A DNA stretch of 37,802 bases, taken from IMG/VR virus record IMGVR_UViG_3300030372_000099, positions 1 to 37,802 of that record. One strand, 5' to 3'. The position numbers and the translations under genes were made by a program. Under the pieces are notes generated by a model, which ran no database searches, was not told where the DNA came from, and saw nothing but the letters and a program-made list of their open reading frames with translations. This DNA comes from a virus (taxonomy: Duplodnaviria > Caudoviricetes). Of this stretch, positions 1 through 8,719 are shown in pieces. Each line of letters opens with the position of its first letter. Within the stretch, counting starts at the first letter, position 1.

Positions 1-434
1 TTAAATATTCTTTCATCTTGGCAGAGCAAACTAATAGCAGCTACTTTCATACCAAAAGAATTAAGCGTTCTTGATAAAACAATTAGTTCGCAAGTCTTAT
101 CAATTACATGCTTGCCACCAGAAACCCCAATAGAAAAAGTTTGTACGCCACCCGATAAAGCCATAGCACAATTATTAGATGTGTTCATACCTGGAGCTGA
201 GCTTGTAGGTGGTGCAGATCTTATATTTGAAGTTGAACTTGTTGTGGATGTAGTTGATGATGAGGATCCGCTTTCGTAAGTAGTAGAACCTCCAGTATAG
301 TTTCCTTCAATAGCCGTATTAGAACCAGATACATTTGATTGTGTAGAACCAGCAAAGGCAGCAGTAGTAGCGGTAATTAAAAAGATCCAAGCTAAAATTA
401 TAACTATATAACTTATAACCTTAACCTTTTTCAT
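1..434 (-). CDS. Exported/membrane-anchored Cys-containing phage protein (3' end outside window)
   Basis: Manual translation: MKKVKVISYIVIILAWIFLITATTAAFAGSTQSN...SAPPTSSAPG...NCAMALSGGVQTFSIGVSGG...TCELIVLSRTLNSFGMKVAAISLLCQDERIF. Signal-peptide-like N-terminus, S/T-rich linker, frame open to the edge. Confidence 0.85.
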   Translation of the reverse strand, partial: MKKVKVISYIVIILAWIFLITATTAAFAGSTQSNVSGSNTAIEGNYTGGSTTYESGSSSSTTSTTSSTSNIRSAPPTSSAPGMNTSNNCAMALSGGVQTFSIGVSGGKHVIDKTCELIVLSRTLNSFGMKVAAISLLCQDERIF

Positions 435-543
435 TTTTTTTCTTTTTCTTACATTTGCATTTTGGTGCAAATAATAAGCTATCCATCTTTTCTGAGATCC
501 AATCTATTCCACCAAAAAATTTTAATAAAATTCTGTCAATCAT
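421..543 (-). CDS. Small basic hypothetical protein (40 aa)
   Basis: Manual translation MIDRILLKFFGGIDWISEKMDSLLFAPKCKCKKKKKNEKG; fills the gap between tightly packed genes. Confidence 0.65.
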   Translation of the reverse strand: MIDRILLKFFGGIDWISEKMDSLLFAPKCKCKKKKKNEKG

Positions 544-547
544 TTTG

Positions 548-766
548 TTATTCCATTATTAGTTTTTTAATTGATATTGAGCCGTCAATATTAGTTTCAA
601 GTTCAGCCAAAGATTTTATACATTGATAAGAAACTTTTGATTTACTGTCTAACTCACGCATAGCGTAACGCTTGCCTTTAAGGCAATCGCTTAACGAGTT
701 TTGTATTCTTGCTTCTTTAATTTCTGAATTTATTATCATTAATAAAGCTATTACTACTTGCTCCAT
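548..766 (-). CDS. Hypothetical protein with hydrophobic N-terminus and two Cys
   Basis: 72-aa ORF, TAATG-coupled to the upstream gene. Confidence 0.75.
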   Translation of the reverse strand: MEQVVIALLMIINSEIKEARIQNSLSDCLKGKRYAMRELDSKSKVSYQCIKSLAELETNIDGSISIKKLIME

Positions 767-1125
767 TAATGGCTCCCGTTATCTCTTATTTTATCTTTAA
801 GAATTTCAATTGTCTTTTTCATTTCTTCAATATCTTTCATAGCTCTTTTAAGGTTTACATTATTATTTCTCATACTCTGCATTTCATCGTCTGTATTATC
901 CTGGGAGTTGCTTAACATTTCTAGGATTAGGAATTGTTCTTGATCTACAATTTTTTGATCTGATTTAGTAATTAAATCTGCTTCCATAATATGTCTGGAG
1001 TTTTCAAGACTTACTAACCTAGCCGTAATCTCCGTGTAGGCAAAAATTCCAAAAGCTACAGCAGCAAGTAAAGCTATTAAATTTCTAACTGGTAAAGATA
1101 TATTTGTGTTGTCGTTAATCTTCAT
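766..1125 (-). CDS. Membrane-anchored coiled-coil protein
   Basis: N-terminal TM (NLIALLAAVAFGIFAY) followed by heptad-rich sequence. Confidence 0.75.
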   Translation of the reverse strand: MKINDNTNISLPVRNLIALLAAVAFGIFAYTEITARLVSLENSRHIMEADLITKSDQKIVDQEQFLILEMLSNSQDNTDDEMQSMRNNNVNLKRAMKDIEEMKKTIEILKDKIRDNGSH

Positions 1126-1250
1126 CTTCCTTGCCTATTATAAGGCTTGTAACTACGAGCCTCTGATTTGTTTAAATTCTTTTTATGTCGTCTTGGTCTT
1201 TTAGGTGGCTTATCCCTTGGTACAAAGTGAATAAATTTAATCCTAGCCAT
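1122..1250 (-). CDS. Small highly basic protein (42 aa)
   Basis: Manual translation MARIKFIHFVPRDKPPKRPRRHKKNLNKSEARSYKPYNRQGR; ATGA overlap with the next gene. Confidence 0.7.
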   Translation of the reverse strand: MARIKFIHFVPRDKPPKRPRRHKKNLNKSEARSYKPYNRQGR

Positions 1251-1536
1251 TAGAAAAAATATTTTTAATCTTATCTATTATCCCTGGTTTAGTTTCTTTT
1301 TTTAAAACCAAAGGTAAATAACCAGCAGCTATCTCTTTACCAGATTTATCTTTTTCATCTTCTGTCTTTTTACTTCTTGAATCTATTTTATTGGGTCTAA
1401 ACTTATCTACTAATACATAGCGGTAAACATAGTTATCGCATCTCGCACCTTCAAACTGAAAGTGTAAAGTATTTGGTGGTTCTTGATAATGACCGCCAAA
1501 GCAATGCGGATCAAAGTCTGATTTAGTTATTGTCAT
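1243..1536 (-). CDS. Hypothetical protein, YxYRYVLVD motif (paralog of 20232-20438)
   Basis: 97-aa ORF sharing LHF...NYxYRYVLVDxF with the 68-aa ORF. Confidence 0.75.
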   Translation of the reverse strand: MTITKSDFDPHCFGGHYQEPPNTLHFQFEGARCDNYVYRYVLVDKFRPNKIDSRSKKTEDEKDKSGKEIAAGYLPLVLKKETKPGIIDKIKNIFSNG

Positions 1537-1913
1537 TTTTTCCCCTTAAAGATTTGAGTTCCTTTAATTCCATAAATACTAGCCACTACTAAAATCCAAA
1601 GATTTGTGAACCATGATGGAAGTTGTTGGAACTGCTCAAAAAACTCTTTTATCTTTGCTGCTGCACCAGGATCGTCTGAGAATACCCCGTAAGCAATGAC
1701 TAAAATCGGCAGCGTTAAAACAATTAAAACAAATTCATCTTTCCAATCTGATTGTCTAGCTTCTAATAACTTACCTTGATACTCAGTTTCTCCCCGAGCC
1801 ATCTTGGTAGCCGCCATGTGCTGAGCATCAGCCATAGCCATCTTCGTTTCTTGTTTCTTTTTGTATATATGCGTTCCAGCATTCAACGCTAATTTAATTG
1901 CACTTAACCACAT
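1533..1913 (-). CDS. Putative holin (GTA 3TM-holin-like)
   Basis: Two hydrophobic segments after SDWKDE and a basic C-terminus; directly downstream of the lysozyme. Confidence 0.65.
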   Translation of the reverse strand: MWLSAIKLALNAGTHIYKKKQETKMAMADAQHMAATKMARGETEYQGKLLEARQSDWKDEFVLIVLTLPILVIAYGVFSDDPGAAAKIKEFFEQFQQLPSWFTNLWILVVASIYGIKGTQIFKGKK

Positions 1914-1914
1914 A

Positions 1915-2352
1915 CTATTTATTTGAACTCCTCATTTTAGCAGCAGCTTTCTCACACCTACCAGGTGTTTGTTTATGCCATCTGCTATCTATCATTTCAT
2001 CGGCAGCTTTTTCCATATCGCCATCTCTCATTGCTTGCCAAAACTTTTTAAACTTAGAGAACCTTGGTCCACCAAGTTGATACACGCATTCAATGATTAC
2101 GCATTTTTGAATATGATTAACTTCTATGTCTCCAATTAATTTCTCAGCACTCTGTAAAGCAATATTAAAATCTTGATTAAAACACTTCTCAGCATCTTCA
2201 ATGGAATAATTAACACCTTCAACATAGTCATCGGTATCCAAAACCATATGACCCCAAAAGATAGTAGGAATACCCAAGCTATCCCTGTAAATATGATCTC
2301 TATACCCTTCGTGTTCTTTAATGTTGTCTTTGAGTTCAGTATAATCTGCCAT
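1915..2352 (-). CDS. Endolysin, GH24/T4-like lysozyme
   Basis: HEGYRDHIYRDSLGIPTIFWGH gives the E-x8-D-x5-T triad; C-terminal DSRWHKQTPGR. Confidence 0.92.
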   Translation of the reverse strand: MADYTELKDNIKEHEGYRDHIYRDSLGIPTIFWGHMVLDTDDYVEGVNYSIEDAEKCFNQDFNIALQSAEKLIGDIEVNHIQKCVIIECVYQLGGPRFSKFKKFWQAMRDGDMEKAADEMIDSRWHKQTPGRCEKAAAKMRSSNK

Positions 2353-2358
2353 AATTCT

Positions 2359-2664
2359 TCAATCCTTTTCTGGGTTAAAATTAATAATTTTAACACCTAG
2401 TCTTTTTTGTTCTTTAGTTCTTGGTCTATTAATCTTAGACCCATCTTTGCGGTAGTTTCTTGTCTTGACATCATAACTTCTGTACTCCCCCGTTTTTATA
2501 TTCAAAGTTAATATGTCTACTGGACCAGCTCCTATTGGTTTAAAGACAATTAAGTTTGGATCCTTTGCAAATTTAGCAGCAGCTAATAGTTCATTAGATA
2601 AACCTTTAGCAGCTGTAATCCTATTTCGTGAAGAAGTAGAAGATTGAGCCAAGCAAACCCCCAA
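2359..2664 (-). CDS. Small PD-(D/E)XK endonuclease (resolvase-like); start uncertain
   Basis: G-x-x-x-E helix, GPVD and YDVKT motifs. Confidence 0.7.
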   Translation of the reverse strand: MGVCLAQSSTSSRNRITAAKGLSNELLAAAKFAKDPNLIVFKPIGAGPVDILTLNIKTGEYRSYDVKTRNYRKDGSKINRPRTKEQKRLGVKIINFNPEKD

Positions 2665-2860
2665 TAAAGATTATTATTGCGGCAGCACCTTTTCCTACAT
2701 TCATAAAAGTTTTTAATTCTCTAATGTCTTTTCTCATTTCGTCTAGCAGTTTAAAAATTGTTTTCATTCTCTCTGCACAAACCTTTTCGTGATACGATAT
2801 TCTTAAACCATTACGATCTTCAACATTAGATAAAACAGATTTTCTTTTTTTACGTTTCAT
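2621..2860 (-). CDS. Coiled-coil protein with C-terminal TM helix (XhlA-like, lysis-associated)
   Basis: HEKVCAERM motif, coiled coil, TM AAAIIIFIGGLLGSIFYFF. Start moved to the ATG at 2860. Confidence 0.65.
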   Translation of the reverse strand: MKRKKRKSVLSNVEDRNGLRISYHEKVCAERMKTIFKLLDEMRKDIRELKTFMNVGKGAAAIIIFIGGLLGSIFYFFTK

Positions 2861-3062
2861 AACTACTCTTACAAGTGAACCTAATGAATATCTTATGTTC
2901 ATTAGTATCTACTTTTCCTATTTCAGTTTGTTTTTTTATTGCCTCTTGGTAGCCAGCTTGTAAGCAATCATAGTAGCTGTCATAAGTAGTAGGCATTTGA
3001 TGTGGAGTTAAGCAATCTCCTTGAACTGCGCTACACATAATCATAATTAGTAGCACCTTCAT
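2850..3062 (-). CDS. Small exported Cys-containing protein
   Basis: Hydrophobic N-terminus, four Cys, AGGAG SD upstream. Confidence 0.75.
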   Translation of the reverse strand: MKVLLIMIMCSAVQGDCLTPHQMPTTYDSYYDCLQAGYQEAIKKQTEIGKVDTNEHKIFIRFTCKSSYET

Positions 3063-3102
3063 AGTGTACTTCTCCTCTTATTAATTTTGTTATTTTATTT
3101 AA

Positions 3103-4128
3103 TCAACGAGCATTACAAGGAACGCCTTTAGAATTTACAAATGGTTGTTCTGCGAAAGCCATGAAGATATAGTTATCTCCAGAGCCATTCATTCCATTAC
3201 TTGTATTTCTAATTTTGACTCCATTAGATAATAAATCAATTGCATTTCCTGTTGCTTCTGCACTACTAGCATTAGCAAATAACATTTCATCAGTTTGGTT
3301 TCCTGTATCTCTTTTGGTATCAAATATATGCCAATTATCTGCAGCATCTGTTGTATTTTTTTGCATAAACCAAGCTGGACGAAAACCTGTGTAAATAAAT
3401 GCTCCATCAGCATTTCCATTTCCTGTGTATGAGCCAAACTTGCTGAAGCCTTGTTTTTCTGCGAATAGATAAGCTATAAAAGTATCAGTATTTTTATTTG
3501 TTTGATCGTCATCACCTATACTAAACACTGAACTTGTTGGATCTGTGCTATTAAAAAAACCATTAAATTTACTGCTATGATTGTTTGCATTAGTGCTATC
3601 AAAAGCTAAAGTAATATCTAGTGCTGGAAAAAAATTTACCCAAGCATCTGCACTTCCTCTTGTTTTAATAATAACAGCTTTTGGAACTGCTGAAAGTGAA
3701 TGTGATATTGTTCTATCACTACCATTTCCTGTATATGAAACTATATCAAACCCAGCAGTTGCAGTTTCTTTCCAGCACCAAGCTACATAGTTTTTTGAAG
3801 ATTGGTTTGACATACTAGCATTAGAAGAACCTTCAGATACAGTAAAACCATCACTACCAAATGCAGATAAAAAACCATAAGATGCTTTGTTTCCACCTCC
3901 AGCAGCTTCACTTGAATTAGTAGATAAACCATTTGCAGCACCAGCACCTTGAACAGAATCAGTTAAAACATGCCATACATCATCTGTTCTATTTTTTAGC
4001 CAGACTAAATCAGGTTGCATATTTTCAGAACCATCTAAAGTTATTGCTTGTGTAGAATTTCCATCACCAGCATAGAGCTTAACCTGAAAATATAATTCTG
4101 GATTGTCTATTGTTGTATAAGCTGCCAT
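3103..4128 (-). CDS. Tail fibre-associated beta-repeat protein
   Basis: Three YxG(N/D)G...P..h.hK...W...Y/F(I/V)AxxF/W repeats typical of marine phage tail proteins. Confidence 0.8.
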   Translation of the reverse strand: MAAYTTIDNPELYFQVKLYAGDGNSTQAITLDGSENMQPDLVWLKNRTDDVWHVLTDSVQGAGAANGLSTNSSEAAGGGNKASYGFLSAFGSDGFTVSEGSSNASMSNQSSKNYVAWCWKETATAGFDIVSYTGNGSDRTISHSLSAVPKAVIIKTRGSADAWVNFFPALDITLAFDSTNANNHSSKFNGFFNSTDPTSSVFSIGDDDQTNKNTDTFIAYLFAEKQGFSKFGSYTGNGNADGAFIYTGFRPAWFMQKNTTDAADNWHIFDTKRDTGNQTDEMLFANASSAEATGNAIDLLSNGVKIRNTSNGMNGSGDNYIFMAFAEQPFVNSKGVPCNAR

Positions 4129-5559
4129 TTAACCCCCATCACTTCCTAAATTTTTTGAACACAACGAAAGATAACCCGAAGGCACGGAAAATTCGAAATT
4201 CCCGTAGCCATTAGCATCTGCGTTGCCTGATGAGATACTATGAACAGGATTACCAAAATTAACTTCCCAACCTATTGTTCCACTACTCCAATCTCCATGT
4301 GCTGGAAAATATGCACCTAAAGCTACACTTGCTGGATCAGTTATTGATAAATAATTATTAGGAGTAGATTCATCCCAATTTCCAGAGCCATCTCCCCAAT
4401 TTCCATCTTTACTAAAATAAATTCTATTGTTATCTAAATCTAATGCTACACCTATTATTGCGTTTAAATCTATATGTGCGCCATGATTATTAGCACTATT
4501 GTTGGTCCAAATTTTTCCATCGTTTAAATATAATCCATAAGATTGTGTTCCTTCTAACAAAGCATCTAAAGCTGATGTAACTTGCGCTCCCTCAATTCCA
4601 ATTACACCATAACTACTTCCTTGTGAATCAGAAACAAATTTTACTTCCCAATACCATTTTCCAGCAGTTAATCCAAAAGTTCCAAGAGTGGGTGCAGTAT
4701 TTGATGAACCAGCAGTTACTAATTTACAATTTCCTTCTGAAAAAGTTGCACCTTGATAATAGTTATCTAAAGGATTTAAAACACAAAAATTATTAGTTGG
4801 CGAGTCCGAACACAAGTCTGTTGCCGCTAGATTAACTTCTGTTAAATCTGTTCCACCATTTGCATCGTTTCCTAAATTACTACTATCTTCAAAGTCTAAA
4901 TAAAAACCATTCGTACCAAAAGATAATCCTGATACATCTTTTGGTTTCCATATTGTAGGAGAATCTTCATCAAATTCTCCAAATGAAGTTGCAGCTAGTT
5001 GACTACCATCAACAAGGCAAAATTCTGCTATATACATATCACAATACGCATCTGTTTGTGCAGAAGTTCCAACATAAAGTTTATTAGCGGCATTTACTAA
5101 AGTGTTTAAATCTTCTGCTGGATAATTTTCTGTACCAAAAGCTGTGATTTGTGTACCATTATGATAAATTTTAACTCTGTTACCAGCAGTTCCTTGTGTT
5201 GTGTCAACAGCAATTACAAAATTTGACCAAGCACTAGGATCTCTAAAAACTTGAGTAGTAACTAAACTATCATTATGATCGCTTACTTTACTTTCTACTG
5301 TTAAAGTTCCATTGTCATTAAATCTAATTTTAAATTGATTATCATCATCAGCTTGAGTATCAAAGATAGTCATAGCTGTTCCTGTTGCTATGCCACATCT
5401 TTTTATCCAAAAAGAAAATGTAAATTTTTGTTGATCTCCAGCACTTCCAGGTGTCTTGTGCATATAAGCACTACTTCCATCATCAAACCTACAAGAGTTG
5501 GCTACTTCGTAAGCACCACCTAAAGCTGAAGCTACATTACCTGATAAAATTGGTATCAT
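4129..5559 (-). CDS. Tail fibre/receptor-binding protein, LamG (ConA-like) plus SPRY domains
   Basis: FTFSFWIKR and FRDPSAWSNFVIAVD (LamG); GKWYWEV and IGVALDLDNNRIYFSKDG (SPRY). Confidence 0.85.
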   Translation of the reverse strand: MIPILSGNVASALGGAYEVANSCRFDDGSSAYMHKTPGSAGDQQKFTFSFWIKRCGIATGTAMTIFDTQADDDNQFKIRFNDNGTLTVESKVSDHNDSLVTTQVFRDPSAWSNFVIAVDTTQGTAGNRVKIYHNGTQITAFGTENYPAEDLNTLVNAANKLYVGTSAQTDAYCDMYIAEFCLVDGSQLAATSFGEFDEDSPTIWKPKDVSGLSFGTNGFYLDFEDSSNLGNDANGGTDLTEVNLAATDLCSDSPTNNFCVLNPLDNYYQGATFSEGNCKLVTAGSSNTAPTLGTFGLTAGKWYWEVKFVSDSQGSSYGVIGIEGAQVTSALDALLEGTQSYGLYLNDGKIWTNNSANNHGAHIDLNAIIGVALDLDNNRIYFSKDGNWGDGSGNWDESTPNNYLSITDPASVALGAYFPAHGDWSSGTIGWEVNFGNPVHSISSGNADANGYGNFEFSVPSGYLSLCSKNLGSDGG

Positions 5560-6179
5560 TAACTCTCCAATGTTGGTAGTTCGCCTAATGGTCTAGTAAT
5601 TGAACCATCCTCTTGTTCTGTGTATGTGTATAAAGTCTCAAGAGCTGGTGTATCACTAGCATTTGTAATTGCTGTTTCCATTTCAGCAGCTTTAGTTCTT
5701 ACTGCTGCTCTATGAGTTGTAATAGCTGATGGTACTGCTGTTCCAGCATCTGCTTTTCTAGTTATGTACCAATCCGTATCTTGTAATATTCCAGCAGCTT
5801 GTTGTTTAACTGTTCTAATTAATTTTGTTTTTAATCCTTCAACAGCAACATCTCCTACATCTTTACCATCTGGTATTTTACCATCTGTTTTATCTTGTGA
5901 TGTCCATAAAGTATCTGCGTGTGCTTTAGCAGTTGCTGAACCATAACTTGCCGTAATTTTTCCACCAGCAAAAGCAAATGATTGATTAGTATTGATATAC
6001 CATTTCTCATCTTTTTTATTAGAATTATCAAATTCTACTTCATAAATACCTTTAGCTTCTAGTTCAGACTTACTCCATAATTCAAATATTTTTCTTGAAT
6101 AACGAACATCGCCAATAACCATACCTCTTGGTTTATTTATTATTTTTGTAATTGATCCTGATTCTACTAATCCCCACAT
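5559..6179 (-). CDS. Tail fibre assembly chaperone-like protein
   Basis: LQDTDWYITRK...HRAAVR motif; sits between fibre genes. Confidence 0.7.
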   Translation of the reverse strand: MWGLVESGSITKIINKPRGMVIGDVRYSRKIFELWSKSELEAKGIYEVEFDNSNKKDEKWYINTNQSFAFAGGKITASYGSATAKAHADTLWTSQDKTDGKIPDGKDVGDVAVEGLKTKLIRTVKQQAAGILQDTDWYITRKADAGTAVPSAITTHRAAVRTKAAEMETAITNASDTPALETLYTYTEQEDGSITRPLGELPTLES

Positions 6180-6190
6180 ATTATCTCCTA

Positions 6191-8632
6191 TTAACTTTCA
6201 CTTAAATTCATTGTTCTACCAACCTCTTGCCAAACTGCTCCGTTGTATCTAAATATATGGATGTCGGTTTTTCCATCTGTTGCAGTTTCAGTTGGTTCTG
6301 TTGATGCTGAAAATTCAAAAACTGTATTCCAACCAATCGTATGTGAACCATTGTAATTTAATTCTAAACAAATAAACGCACCTTCTGTTGCATTACTTGG
6401 TGCAGAGAAAGTCGTATTTTCAGTTGTTACATGATAAGCATTTGGTTTAGCTTGTGCATCCCAAGCAACAGCATTCGATGATGAAGTAATTGCTTGTTGT
6501 GGAATGTAAGCTAAATCATTAAATTTGATTGCTCCAGTTCCATTTGTTGTAATATCAATATTGCCATTTGCTCCATCAGTTATCGTTATGTTTCCAGAGT
6601 TTGTTCCTTTATTGGTATCTAAAACTAAATCGTAAGTTCCGCTAGTTGTTAAGTAAGCAGCAGCTCCACCAGTTCCGATTATTGTTTTTCCAGTACCTTT
6701 CGGTTTTACATGGAGATCAACATTAGTTTCTCCACTTGCTCCTAGTATTGGAGGATTACCAGTTGCAGCATTTGTAATTTCTAATTCATTTACTGCTGAA
6801 CCAGTTGTTTGAAATATAACTTGCTCATTGCCATTTTCGTCTTTTATAAAGTGAGCATCGTCAATAGTAATATTATGACTATTAGTATCTAAATCTCCAC
6901 CAAGTTGAGGAGAAGTATCGTCAACAAGATCAGACATATCTCCAGTTCCATCAGCTCCAGAAGGTGTAAAGTGAACTCCTACTCCATCTGTATTTGAAAA
7001 TGAACCATTGGAAACAATGTGTGTAACTGGAACTTTAGTATAACCAGAAGCATCCGTTACAGCACCAGATACTTTAAATAAAGCATAAGTTGATGCAGTT
7101 CCTTCTTTGGTAACAGAAACATATCCTCTTGCCGTTGAATTAGATACATCATCCCAAGATTGAACAAAACCAGAAATATCAGCAGATGCGTCATCCGCAT
7201 CATCTACATATAAAATTGAAACTGAACCAACAGTACCATTATTAAAAGCAATTTTTCCCGCACCTGGATCAGCATCACTCGTTGATGAACTCCAAGTCAT
7301 TGAAAGTTGAGAGTTCGTTCCGCTTGCTCCAGTTGAACCCGTGGATCCTGTGCTACCAGTAGAACCAGTTGCTCCAGTATCTCCTTTTAAACCAGTCATT
7401 GTGAAATGAACTGAGAGTTCATCATCAGCAGAAAAAGTATTATTAGATGATAAGTGAGCTACTGCTAACTTATTATAACCTGAGGCATCTGTTGAAGCTC
7501 CAGTTATTTTAAATCTTGCATAAGTGGTACTGTCATTAATATCTACGATATGAACAAATCCTCTAATTGTTGATGTGCTATCATCCCAAGCCAAAACATC
7601 TGTAGAAACAGTTGCTCCATTAGCATCCGCATCATCAATATAGATTGCTGTAGCACTTGCATAAGTACCATTATTAAATCTTAAATATCCTCCTCCTGGA
7701 TCACTATCCGTTGTTGATGTTGCAAATTTATAATAATAACCAGGTATTGCTCCATCTTCTCCAGAAGGTACAAAAGATAAAAATACCTTATCATTATTTG
7801 CTATACTTCCAGAGCCATCAATATAAGTTAAAGCTAATTTAGTATAACCAGATGCGTCAGTAACAGCTCCTGAAATTTTCCAGACGTGCCAAACATCTAA
7901 GGTATTAGATTTTGTAACTCTTATTCTTCCTCTGTTAGTCGCATTGCCAGTTACATCATCAAATGATTGCACCCAAGCAGATACATCAGTTCCATTAGCT
8001 TCATTGTCATCCACATAAGCAATGGTTGCAGATGAAAGAGTTGCGTTATTAAATCTTATAAATCCACTTCCTGGATCTGCATCACTTGTAGTTGTTGAAT
8101 AAGTAAATTGTGCGTTATCTCCACCCGCTGGTAAGAAATCACTTACAGTTGTTAAATTACCATCGCTGTCAAATCCTAAAGTTTTACTAGCTCTGTCTGT
8201 TGCAGAGGTTGTAAATTCAGCTGAAGTAATGGTATTTGTTCTTGAAACTTTAAATGATCTATCTAATTCTTCTTGCAGCTCTTGTGTCTGCATATTAAGT
8301 TTATCAAGAGCGTCTTCATGCGTTTCAGCTGGGAATGGATCGTTTGCTACATAATCTGTTTCTTGTGTTAAAGCTGTGTTTCTTAAAAGAACTAAAGTAG
8401 TTCCACTTGCTGGAGCCGTAACCATAGTTACAGTTCCACCACTAGCTCCGTTATCAGAAATACCATAATTAGTAGAACCAGAACCTTCAGATTTAACTGT
8501 TTCAGTTCCAGTAGCCGATCTTTCAATTACTGTAATTTCAGATGTAGAATTAATAGGGAATGTATAGGCAAAAGCCGTAGTTGAACCATTGCCGCTATAA
8601 CTGTTCTTAATTGTTGTTGTTGTAACTGTCAT
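6191..8632 (-). CDS. Tail fibre protein with T7 gp17-like N-terminal anchor
   Basis: YSGNGSTTAFAYTF...HEDALDKL..QEL anchor domain, three internal repeats, collagen-like G-X-Y run. Confidence 0.9.
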   Translation of the reverse strand: MTVTTTTIKNSYSGNGSTTAFAYTFPINSTSEITVIERSATGTETVKSEGSGSTNYGISDNGASGGTVTMVTAPASGTTLVLLRNTALTQETDYVANDPFPAETHEDALDKLNMQTQELQEELDRSFKVSRTNTITSAEFTTSATDRASKTLGFDSDGNLTTVSDFLPAGGDNAQFTYSTTTSDADPGSGFIRFNNATLSSATIAYVDDNEANGTDVSAWVQSFDDVTGNATNRGRIRVTKSNTLDVWHVWKISGAVTDASGYTKLALTYIDGSGSIANNDKVFLSFVPSGEDGAIPGYYYKFATSTTDSDPGGGYLRFNNGTYASATAIYIDDADANGATVSTDVLAWDDSTSTIRGFVHIVDINDSTTYARFKITGASTDASGYNKLAVAHLSSNNTFSADDELSVHFTMTGLKGDTGATGSTGSTGSTGSTGASGTNSQLSMTWSSSTSDADPGAGKIAFNNGTVGSVSILYVDDADDASADISGFVQSWDDVSNSTARGYVSVTKEGTASTYALFKVSGAVTDASGYTKVPVTHIVSNGSFSNTDGVGVHFTPSGADGTGDMSDLVDDTSPQLGGDLDTNSHNITIDDAHFIKDENGNEQVIFQTTGSAVNELEITNAATGNPPILGASGETNVDLHVKPKGTGKTIIGTGGAAAYLTTSGTYDLVLDTNKGTNSGNITITDGANGNIDITTNGTGAIKFNDLAYIPQQAITSSSNAVAWDAQAKPNAYHVTTENTTFSAPSNATEGAFICLELNYNGSHTIGWNTVFEFSASTEPTETATDGKTDIHIFRYNGAVWQEVGRTMNLSES
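6955..8110 (-). repeat. Three ~125-aa tandem domain repeats in the tail fibre, with a G-X-Y run at ~7320-7395
   Basis: Each copy has T(S/T)D(A/S)DPGxG..xFNN.T...DD...RG...K(I/V)xGAxTDASGYxK. Confidence 0.9.
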
Positions 8633-8719
8633 AATTTTATTTTTTGGATTTTTGTAGGCGTTATAATCCTACTATATTTTTTTCTTTAAATTAATTTGTC
8701 AATTCTGTCCATTGTTATT

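Noticed and set aside
4126-4131. Programmed readthrough or pseudogene at the in-frame TAA-ATG between two tail genes
   Set aside because: The same TAAATG junction occurs at 24653-24658, 36490-36495 and 37267-37272, and a G-rich SD precedes it; ordinary tight packing.
7320-7395. Nucleotide-level tandem repeat or contingency locus
   Set aside because: Collagen-like GST/GAT codons are synonymously diverged; the repeat is at the protein level only.
3103-8632. Complete diversity-generating retroelement targeting tail fibres
   Set aside because: No reverse transcriptase ORF and no TR/VR repeat pair could be seen in the window.
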